Shown piece by piece: positions 9,337 through 17,042 of a stretch of 63,395 nt of DNA. The translations under genes were made by a program, and so were the position numbers. Source of the stretch: a bacterium (GTDB lineage Bacteria; Patescibacteriota; Minisyncoccia; Phycocordibacterales; UBA5272); contig JAYTSG010000033.1 in assembly GCA_043745785.1 (NCBI GenBank), forward strand, positions 1 to 63,395, read 5' to 3'. Below the pieces are notes generated by a model. The model had not been told where the DNA came from. It did no database searches and saw only the letters and a program-made list of their open reading frames with translations. Each line of letters begins with the position of its first letter. The first letter of the stretch is position 1.

Positions 9337-9570
9337 ATGATACATCACATTTGTTTACAAAAACATATTACTGTTTGTGACGGAAATCCACTACCTTTTG
9401 GAGCTCTTGCTCTTCTTGAAAGTACAGATGCAGTGCTGCCAGAATTGTTGTCGAGCATTGTTCCTCAAATAGGGGAAGACTCGGTAGTTGTCTGTGGTGA
9501 AGAACCAGGAAAAAGAATGCTCGGAAGAAAACTAGAAGACATTTTAAAGAGAGAAGTTTTCTATGAATAG
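9337..9570 (+). CDS. Hypothetical small protein
   Basis: 77-aa ORF only; no family recognised. Confidence 0.25.
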   Translation: MIHHICLQKHITVCDGNPLPFGALALLESTDAVLPELLSSIVPQIGEDSVVVCGEEPGKRMLGRKLEDILKREVFYE

Positions 9571-9585
9571 AGAACAGAAGGTTAA

Positions 9586-9878
9586 TGGAAGAGAGGACTC
9601 AGTCACCAAACATATCTTTTACTTTTCTTTTTTAAAGTAAATAAAAAAGATATTTCGCTACATAAGGAAAACAGACAAAATCATTTCACAAAAACACTTA
9701 GGCTAATTTTCGTAAAAATTCCGTAATTAGTTTTTCATTTTGCCTCCTCTTTGTTTGATTTACAGCTTGATAGAGTTTTCCTAGGGATTAATCGTTTACT
9801 ATGAGTAGATTCTTTACTATCTATCTCCCACTAAAAATAAATATCACGAAGCAGGTGCTTCGTGATATTTATTTTTAG
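9586..9878 (-). repeat. Module downstream of tRNA-Val (partial homology to the Leu-type module)
   Basis: 33-bp perfect palindrome 9820-9852/9857-9889; on the minus strand aaaagatatgtttggtgac is followed by a degenerate tRNA-Val 3' copy gagtcctctcttcc (plus coordinates about 9586-9620). Confidence 0.5.
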
Positions 9879-9951
9879 TGGGAGATAGAGGGCTCGAACC
9901 TCTGACCTTCTCGGTGTAAACGAGTTGCTCTACCAACTGAGCTAATCTCCC
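9879..9951 (-). tRNA. tRNA-Val (anticodon UAC)
   Basis: Acceptor gggagat/atctccc; anticodon loop UUUACAC; T-arm agagg-ttcgagc-cctct. Confidence 0.85.
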
Positions 9952-10008
9952 TGGTAAGTGAAAGACTATCATAAATTCAAATTTTTTGCTAGTATAGAGA
10001 CCTAACTT

Positions 10009-10083
10009 GCCCTTGTAGTTAAATGGATATAACTGCGGACTTCTAAGCCGTTATTCTAGGTTCGATTCCTAGCGAGGGCACCA
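10009..10083 (+). tRNA. tRNA-Arg (anticodon UCU), CCA encoded
   Basis: Acceptor gcccttg/cgagggc; anticodon loop CUUCUAA; 3' ACCA present. Confidence 0.8.
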
Positions 10084-10162
10084 AAAGCACAGAAAAAGAT
10101 AAAGAGCCTGAAACTATCCCTTTTATCATCTTTTCTCATGCCATTTGATAAACATCATTTTT

Positions 10163-10891
10163 ATGACTACTATTTTCGAAACAATCTATGAAAGCGACGC
10201 AGCTTTAGTTATTGATAAGCCGTCAGGTATCATGGTGCATGAAGATGGTCGTTCTGAAGAAGAGACCGTAGCAAGTATTCTTCTTGCGAAGTACCCAACC
10301 CTTATTAAAGTTGGAGATAGTGGCAGACAAGGAATAGTACATCGTTTAGATAGAGAGACAACAGGGGTGATGATCATTGCGAAAACTCTCGAGGCATATA
10401 AGTACTTCAAAAAGCAGTTTAAAGAACATACAACAAGAAAAGTATATAGGGCAATAGTAGAAGGAAGAATAAAAGATGACACAGGAATGATCAGTGCCTC
10501 TTTAGCAAGGGCAAAGAGTGATTTTCGTAAACGTACTACTGTTGACCCATATACAGAAGACGCTCGTGGTGCCGAGAGAGAAGCCGTCACTCGCTATAAA
10601 GTGTTGCAAAGAGTAAAACGTGAATCAGACGGTAAGAATTTTACCTATGTAGAGATATATCCCATTACTGGTAGAACACATCAAATCAGAGCCCATTTTC
10701 GCTCAATTAGGCACCCTATTATTGGTGATGACCTTTATGGTTCCAGCGAAGGAAAAAAAGAAGCCCCGCGTAGCATGCTTCATGCATTTTCGCTTACATT
10801 ACTTCTTCCTCAGCTTGGCGAAAAAACCTTTTCTGCCCCAATTCATAAGGATATGAAAGACACCCTTGAAAGACTCGGATTTTTGTGCTAA
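10163..10891 (+). CDS. RluA-family pseudouridine synthase
   Basis: LVIDKPSGIMVH, HRLDRETTGVMIIAKT and THQIRAH motifs. Confidence 0.85.
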   Translation: MTTIFETIYESDAALVIDKPSGIMVHEDGRSEEETVASILLAKYPTLIKVGDSGRQGIVHRLDRETTGVMIIAKTLEAYKYFKKQFKEHTTRKVYRAIVEGRIKDDTGMISASLARAKSDFRKRTTVDPYTEDARGAEREAVTRYKVLQRVKRESDGKNFTYVEIYPITGRTHQIRAHFRSIRHPIIGDDLYGSSEGKKEAPRSMLHAFSLTLLLPQLGEKTFSAPIHKDMKDTLERLGFLC

Positions 10892-10903
10892 AATACTAGA
10901 ACT

Positions 10904-11326
10904 ATGAAAACGATTGCACTTGATGAAAAAGAAATCATTGCCCGCAAGGCTCTTTCTTTTGCTGCTGGAGACACAGTAAAAGTTTGGAATAAAATCAAAG
11001 AATCTGATGGTAAAATCAGACTTCAGGCATTTGAAGGTATGGTTCTCGCTCGAAAGCATGGCACTGAAACAGGTGCTACTTTTACGATGAGAAAAGTAAC
11101 TTCAGGTGTTGGTGTCGAAAGAGTGTACCCACTTTTTAGTAATTCAATTGATAAAGTTGAAATCATTCGTAAGAATACTACTCGCCGGAGTAAACTTTAC
11201 TACGTTCGTGATAAAGCTCTTCGTGATGTTCGTCGTAAACTTAAAGCAAATACTAAAGTTGTGAAGAAAGGTTCAGCAACAACAACTGAAGTTTCAGAAA
11301 CAGAAGAAATTACAGTTACAGAATAA
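10904..11326 (+). CDS. rplS: 50S ribosomal protein L19 with C-terminal extension
   Basis: GDTVKVWNKIKE...RLQAFEGMVLARKH...ERVYPLFSNSIDKVEI typical of L19. Confidence 0.85.
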   Translation: MKTIALDEKEIIARKALSFAAGDTVKVWNKIKESDGKIRLQAFEGMVLARKHGTETGATFTMRKVTSGVGVERVYPLFSNSIDKVEIIRKNTTRRSKLYYVRDKALRDVRRKLKANTKVVKKGSATTTEVSETEEITVTE

Positions 11327-11330
11327 AGAA

Positions 11331-11360
11331 AAGAAGACCTCAAGGAGGTCTTCTTTTCTT
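11331..11360 (+). terminator. Intrinsic terminator after rplS
   Basis: gaagacctc/gaggtcttc stem followed by a T run. Confidence 0.65.
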
Positions 11361-11472
11361 TTTCTCTTTTTTGTGTTAGTATTCCCATACCTCATGAGTA
11401 TTTTGTAAGGAAAAAATTTCTCAAAAAAATTCTATTCCGTGTGTTAAATAAAAAAGTGAGAAAATAATGTTT

Positions 11473-11556
11473 GCCCAGGTGGCGGAATTGGTAGACGCAC
11501 TACCTTGAGGTGGTAGCGGGGTTATCCTCGTGGAGGTTCAAGTCCTCTCTTGGGCA
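11473..11556 (+). tRNA. tRNA-Leu (anticodon GAG)
   Basis: Acceptor gcccagg/cttgggc; anticodon loop UUGAGGU; long variable arm. Confidence 0.85.
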
Positions 11557-11815
11557 CAGAGAAATAAAAAACAAAGCTTTGTAGCTTTGTTTTTTATTTC
11601 TCTGTGCCCAAGAAGCAAGTGACCAATGTCACTTGCGTGAGGACTTGAAAGAATTGCCGGTCTACAGCTTTGAGTACTTCGAAAAGTTGTCGGCAATTCC
11701 CGGGGTCGCGAAACAATCTTTTTCTCAAGTCGAAGACGAAAAGAAAAAGATATGTTTGGTGACCAAGTCCTCTCTGTGCCCAAGAAGAAAGCAAACCGGT
11801 TTGCTTTCGTTACCA
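11557..11815 (+). repeat. tRNA-matched structured module, Leu-type copy
   Basis: 30-bp perfect palindrome 11548-11577/11584-11613; antisense acceptor 11603-11613; H1 11614-11638; antisense T-arm 11639-11649; cccggggtcgcg 11699-11710; sense T-arm 11764-11774; second antisense acceptor plus H1' 11775-11810. Confidence 0.7.
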
Positions 11816-12044
11816 AGTCTGATATCCTGATGATATTATTCTAACTATTACACATGAAAATAGTATACAAAGATAATGAATTTTAATCCTTGAAGAAAAG
11901 CCAAATGCAATCTTAATTATTGCTGGGGTATCGCTCGGCTTATTACTAGGTGTCACTAAACATCTTTACTCTGAAGACCCTGAGCTTTTTATTAGCACTC
12001 ATACGCATGTTGGTTTAGGGGCCATTGCTGTATTTCTGTTTGCA

Positions 12045-12407
12045 ATGACTTATTATCTATATTTTTCTACTAGAGTTATTATAAAAAAAGCAGATCTTTC
12101 AGTAGTCATTAAAACAAGTAAACGATTTCAGAAGGAAGAAGATCATTTCTCGCTTAACTTGTGTAAAAGCGTTAGTCTAGAGAAATACTATCAAGAGTTT
12201 AGTAAACCACATGGAACAAATACACTGCCTTGGTATGGGTTAGTATTGTACTTTGAAAAAGAAAAAGAAAAAGTTCTTAACCCTTTTGGAGCAATGTCTA
12301 GTACTTTTCTTACTTCTAAGAAACAAAAAGAAGAGCTTCTTAAAATTTCTGATGAAATTGCAACGTTTATTGGTGTCCCTGCGATAGACAATACTAGGGA
12401 GTCTTAA
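12045..12407 (+). CDS. Hypothetical protein; frame is open upstream to 11880 without an ATG
   Basis: The same frame encodes two TM-like segments (IILIIAGVSLGLLLGV, GLGAIAVFLFAMTYYLYF) before the first ATG. Confidence 0.35.
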   Translation: MTYYLYFSTRVIIKKADLSVVIKTSKRFQKEEDHFSLNLCKSVSLEKYYQEFSKPHGTNTLPWYGLVLYFEKEKEKVLNPFGAMSSTFLTSKKQKEELLKISDEIATFIGVPAIDNTRES

Positions 12408-12568
12408 ACTATGATGTAATAATTTGTTTTTTGCTATAAAAATCGTTACTTTGCAACGCTTACGCAAAAGATTTAGCCCCTCGCAGGGTATAATTCTCTT
12501 GGGTTTAAACACTGCCGGCTGAAACAAAATTTTCTTTCTCTTGTAAATAAAATCTATATACTAAAGTA

Positions 12569-13014
12569 ATGAACTTATATTTTAGAAAAGCTGTAGTAGA
12601 TGATATTCCTTTGCTTCTTTCTCTTGAAGAAAGTGCTCGGGATTTAAAAGTATACTCAGGTACTTATAGCAGAGATGAATGGACAGAAGAGCTTAAGATC
12701 GGAGTCGTCTATATTATAGAAAGAAATGGAGTGCCTGTTGGTGATGTCATGTATGAAAAGAAGAGTGAGTGCTATTTTTATATCGATAAAATTTGGTACT
12801 ACCTGAGCATCAGGGTCAAGGCATTGCGAAAATAGCAATGGAGTATATTCTCTCAGAAATAGGAGAGGCAAAAAGAATAGATCTTGTCACTCATCCTGAA
12901 AATAATAAAGCCGTCAATCTATACGCATCGCTGGGCTTTGCTATCGAGTCGAGAAAAGAAGATTACTTTGGTGATGGAGAGCCAAGGATTGTTATGGTTA
13001 AAATTAGAGACTGA
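12569..13014 (+). pseudogene. GNAT acetyltransferase split by a frameshift
   Basis: ORF 12569..12835 and ORF 12793..13014 (LPEHQGQGIAK acetyl-CoA motif) are two halves of one GNAT fold; shift lies in the aaaattt run near 12790. Confidence 0.6.
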
Positions 13015-13450
13015 TAATCTCCTTGAAATAAAACCTATCCAAGAACAGTAATAGCTTATATACTTGAAAAAATAAAGCAATCATACCTATGTCAAAAGAA
13101 CAAAAAATATTATTACTTTTTATTTTTCTTCTAGAGCTTAATAATATCGAAAGGTAGACACCGAAGCTAGAGCCCATAACATTAATATTATGTATGTCTA
13201 TATTAGGAATAGATAGTAAAGAATCGTAAAGGGTAAGAATATATTGAAGAAAATTTTCTCGTGTTAGTAAATTGATAGTAGTCTTATCCTTTCCGTGCCC
13301 AGGCAAGTCAAAGTTTACACAACAATAACCTTTCTGAGTAAGTGTCTTTACATAAAGAAGATTACTTTCACTACTACCATTCTAACCATGTATAAAAATA
13401 ATGACAGGATGCTTTTCAATCAGGTGAGCAGGGTATGCAACCATAAGCAT
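13004..13450 (-). pseudogene. Alpha/beta-hydrolase remnant with in-frame TAG and C-terminal truncation
   Basis: Minus-strand reading MLMVAYPAHLIEKHPVIIFIHG*NGSS...LPGHGKD...GSSFG; TAG at 13382-13384 sits at a position usually aromatic (HGW/HGF); no Asp/His part of the triad. Confidence 0.55.
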
Positions 13451-13602
13451 ATCAAAATATATTCTATTACTTTTTAACTCAAGTGTTTGCAGGTTAAAAT
13501 ATAGGTATTCTCTTTCTCAAGTCATTCTAAAATACTCATTTTATCCCCACCCATGAAATAAAAAGGTTTCCTCTTTCCTAGTAACATTATATACTTATAC
13601 AC

Positions 13603-14142
13603 ATGACAAAAGAACAAAAAATATTAATGCTTCTTGTGTTACTCGTGGCCGGAGGAGGAGTCTCTCTCTATCTATTGACGCAAAATGCAGTTACACCTCT
13701 AGAGACTCAGGAGATGATAAATAAAACCGGAAATACAACCACAAAAGGAAGCGCTACGACTACGCAAGTGCCAGTCACCACTATTCCAGCTAAAGATCCC
13801 TCTACCGGAGCTTTCATGCCTCCAATGGGTATACCGAAAAATATTAATGCTCCTCACTTGAGTAATGTCACCTATGTTATTCCTGAAAAAGGAACAGAGA
13901 CAATCCATGTCACTCTTTTTGTAAAAGAGGGACTAATACAAGACGTACGTTTCACTTTCGATCCTGCCTCAACAAGACAGTCAGGAGAGTATCTCAGTGC
14001 TTTTAGCAAAGCCCTTGCAGTAGCGAATCTTAAAGGTCAAAAAGTTAATGAGGTGTCTCTTTCTCGTGTTGGCGGAGCAAGTCTCACTACTGACGCTTTC
14101 ATGAAAGCTGTTACTGAGATAAATGTCAAAATTGGCAGCTAA
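13603..14142 (+). CDS. Membrane-anchored FMN-binding-domain protein (likely ApbE substrate)
   Basis: N-terminal TM; C-terminal SRVGGASLTTDAF resembles the FMN_bind flavinylation motif (sGAT/S); adjacent to apbE. Confidence 0.5.
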   Translation: MTKEQKILMLLVLLVAGGGVSLYLLTQNAVTPLETQEMINKTGNTTTKGSATTTQVPVTTIPAKDPSTGAFMPPMGIPKNINAPHLSNVTYVIPEKGTETIHVTLFVKEGLIQDVRFTFDPASTRQSGEYLSAFSKALAVANLKGQKVNEVSLSRVGGASLTTDAFMKAVTEINVKIGS

Positions 14143-15028
14143 TTTTTTCCTTATTGATTCTTTCCCAGCGCTCGGCACTGTATTTTGGGTCGAGTGTTTT
14201 GACCTCTCTCTTAAAGAGAATTTAGTAAGAAGGTTATTGATTGCTGAAGATTTATATACATATATATCTACTTTTGAAGAAAAATTTTCTAGATTTAAAA
14301 AGTCTTCTTTGGTGACAAGATTAAATAAAGACAAAAAAGTTTTATATGATGAAGACCTTTTTGTAATGCTTTCCTTTGGGAAGGATCTTTCAGAAAAAAC
14401 AAATACTCTTTTTTCTTTGTATTTGGGAAATGAACTCATTGAAAAAGGTTATGGAGAAAAAGATTTTCAAACTGTATCATTTGAGAAAATTTCCTCAAAC
14501 TTTACGAGAAAAGGAAAAGAGATATTCTTAGAAGGGGGTGGTGCTGTTGATCTCGGAGGTGTTGGAAAAGGTTATCTCATAGATTTACTTGCGAATCGTT
14601 TGCAAAAAAAATGGGGAGTACTTTTTTTTCTCATTAACGGTGGGGGAGACATGTATGGCACAACAGATAATGGTGAACCACTACAAATACTTCTAGAGCA
14701 TCCGTTAGAAAAAGAAATATACCTTGGAAAAATTGAAATAAAATATCAAGGTTTTGCAGCATCTTCCTCTTTTAAACGAATGTGGAATAAAGAAGGAAAA
14801 GAGGTGAACCACTTTGTCACTCAAGGCGATGAAGTGTGGGGGGCTTCCTTTGTTGTTGCAAAAAATGCTCTCATTGCTGACGCCCTCGCTACTTGTTTAC
14901 TTCTTTATTTACCATCAAAAAAAGAGCAAGAGAAACTTTGTCAAACTTACTCTGCTTCGTATATGCTTATAGATGATGAAGGGGTATTTCTTGATCCGAC
15001 TTTCCCTCCTCTGCAGACGCTCGCATAA
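14123..15028 (+). CDS. apbE: FAD:protein FMN transferase (ApbE family)
   Basis: GGGAVDLGGVGKGYLIDLLA motif typical of ApbE. Confidence 0.7.
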   Translation: MSKLAANFFLIDSFPALGTVFWVECFDLSLKENLVRRLLIAEDLYTYISTFEEKFSRFKKSSLVTRLNKDKKVLYDEDLFVMLSFGKDLSEKTNTLFSLYLGNELIEKGYGEKDFQTVSFEKISSNFTRKGKEIFLEGGGAVDLGGVGKGYLIDLLANRLQKKWGVLFFLINGGGDMYGTTDNGEPLQILLEHPLEKEIYLGKIEIKYQGFAASSSFKRMWNKEGKEVNHFVTQGDEVWGASFVVAKNALIADALATCLLLYLPSKKEQEKLCQTYSASYMLIDDEGVFLDPTFPPLQTLA

Positions 15029-15191
15029 TCTGTTACAATCATAGTATGAGCACTCCACACGTTTACTCCTCCTTATTTTATTTACTACGTTTGCTTAGTG
15101 TGTATTGTCATCATAAAAAAAACTACTTTTTTCTAAAATTAAGAAAGAGAATATTTATTATGAAGAGCTTGAGTTTTTATATGGAAAAACA

Positions 15192-16562
15192 ATGAAAAAA
15201 ATATTGACTACTTTCAAAAAGTATATACGCGCTCTAGTTCCAGAACAACTGCTCTTGATATATCATGGGGTTACTGCATATACAGGGGCTGTTCTGTATG
15301 GTTTCCCCTCAAAAGGAATGGTTATTATTGGTATTACGGGCACTAAAGGTAAAACTACTTCAGCAAATGTAATGTATTCAGTTTTGTCTACTACGTATAA
15401 GACAGGTCTTATTACTACAGCAAATATAAAGATAGGAGATAAGGAAAGATTAAATCCTTGGCATATGACCATGCCAGGAAGATTTGTCATACAAAAGTTA
15501 TTAAGAGAAATGAAAGATGTTGGGGTTACTCATGTCATCATTGAGACAACTTCGGAAGGTCTTAAACAAAAGAGGCATGTAGGTATTTACTATGATGTCG
15601 CTGTTTTTACTAATCTCTCTCCTGAACATTTGCCGTCTCATAATAATAATTATGAGACGTATCGCAAAGCAAAAGAAGTACTCTTTGCTTCAATCGTGAA
15701 GAAAAAGAAAAAAATACCTCATACCCTATCCCCAACAATTATCGTCAATGGTGATGACATCGAAGCTATTCATTTTAAAAAACATAAAGCAGACAAATAT
15801 TTTTCTTTTGGTACTGGTGATACTGTGGAAGTGAAAGGGGTAGATGTTGTTCAAAAAGGTAAACTCCTTACTTTTTCAACACTTGGTAAAGTTTATAAGG
15901 TAAATGCTTTTGGTTCTTATTTTATTTATAACGTGCTCCCCGCTCTTATTGTTGCGAAAGAGTGTGCAGTTAATGATGAAGATATTTCTTTTGCTTTAGC
16001 TCATTTGCCTGTGATACCAGGAAGAATGGAAGTGATAGACGAGGGGCAGAATTTCCTAGCTCTCGTTGATTATGCACATGAAAAACTCAGTATGACGCGT
16101 CTCGCTGAGACAGTGCACGAACTAAAAAAAGAAAACCCTTTATCAAGATGGATAGTTCTTCTTGGTGCTGAAGGGGGAGGGAGAGATAAAAGAAAGCGTG
16201 CGGACATGGGGAAGGTGGTGGGACGTATGGCAGATATTGTTATTATTTCCAACACTGACCCTTATGAGGAAGATGAAATGGCTATAGCGCGTGAGATAGC
16301 GAGTTATGTAGAACAGTATGACAAGAAAGAGGGCTCTGGCTATCGGATTGTATTAGATAGAAAAGAAGGAATAAGGGTTGCTCTCGCATATGCGAAGAAA
16401 GGTGATATCGTCACCATCACAGGAAATGGGTCTCAGCAGTTTTTTCATAGGAAAGGAGAAAAAGTTCCTCATGACGATAGAAACGTCATGAGAGAAATAC
16501 TGAGAGAGATGAGAGACACTAAGGGAGAGCTTTTTGCCCTAAAGTATTCCGTCAGTAACTAA
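15192..16562 (+). CDS. murE: Mur ligase, MurE-type (UDP-MurNAc-tripeptide synthetase)
   Basis: P-loop GITGTKGKTT, DYAHEK and GGGRDKRKR motifs. Confidence 0.7.
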   Translation: MKKILTTFKKYIRALVPEQLLLIYHGVTAYTGAVLYGFPSKGMVIIGITGTKGKTTSANVMYSVLSTTYKTGLITTANIKIGDKERLNPWHMTMPGRFVIQKLLREMKDVGVTHVIIETTSEGLKQKRHVGIYYDVAVFTNLSPEHLPSHNNNYETYRKAKEVLFASIVKKKKKIPHTLSPTIIVNGDDIEAIHFKKHKADKYFSFGTGDTVEVKGVDVVQKGKLLTFSTLGKVYKVNAFGSYFIYNVLPALIVAKECAVNDEDISFALAHLPVIPGRMEVIDEGQNFLALVDYAHEKLSMTRLAETVHELKKENPLSRWIVLLGAEGGGRDKRKRADMGKVVGRMADIVIISNTDPYEEDEMAIAREIASYVEQYDKKEGSGYRIVLDRKEGIRVALAYAKKGDIVTITGNGSQQFFHRKGEKVPHDDRNVMREILREMRDTKGELFALKYSVSN

Positions 16563-16699
16563 AAGATTAAACGCTTGTATTCTCGTGCAAAAGTAAGGAT
16601 TGACTTCAATGGACTTTGACGAGAAATATGGTAGAATAAAGGTCTTCCGTTAAGTCATAAACCTCCAGTAATAAAAGAAGTTGTCAAGGAATGAATATG

Positions 16700-16771
16700 G
16701 TGGCTATAGTGTAACGGTTAGCACTAGGGTTTGTGGAACCCTCAGTTCGGGTTCAAATCCCGATAGCCACA
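16700..16771 (+). tRNA. tRNA-His (anticodon GUG)
   Basis: Acceptor gtggcta/tagccac (a G precedes at 16699); anticodon loop UUGUGGA; T-arm tcggg-ttcaaat-cccga. Confidence 0.85.
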
Positions 16772-16962
16772 CAAAAGTTCAAATCCCGATAAGTATACTT
16801 ATCGGGATTTGAACTTTTGTGTGGCTAAGCAAGCAAACTGCTTTGCTTGTGTGCGGGATTTGAAAGTCCGGAACATGTTTCGCTAGCAAGCGAAACGGTG
16901 AGGAGCGGGAGGCGAGAACTTTTTGTGGCGACAAAAAGTTACTTGCGGAAAAATCCCGATAG
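16772..16962 (+). repeat. tRNA-matched structured module, His-type copy M1
   Basis: 64-nt perfect palindrome 16764-16827; antisense acceptor 16820-16827; H1 16828-16852; antisense T-arm 16853-16864; H2 and H3 hairpins; sense repeat 16951-16962. Confidence 0.7.
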
Positions 16963-17042
16963 AATTTATCTAGATTTTTTGATAAATCTAATTTTATAGA
17001 GACATTGGTATTTAATAAAAATAGGAGTAGAATTAAAGTAGT

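Noticed and set aside
10084-10162. Module downstream of tRNA-Arg(UCU), and likewise downstream of tRNA-Ser at 8002..8019
   Set aside because: The flanks are short and lack palindromes and tRNA-end copies. These two tRNAs appear unmodified, which serves as an internal control for the module observation.
12495-12503. tctcttggg as a distal direct repeat that would define a larger tRNA-Leu island
   Set aside because: A 9-nt match is expected by chance in a window of this size, and there is no extended similarity around it.
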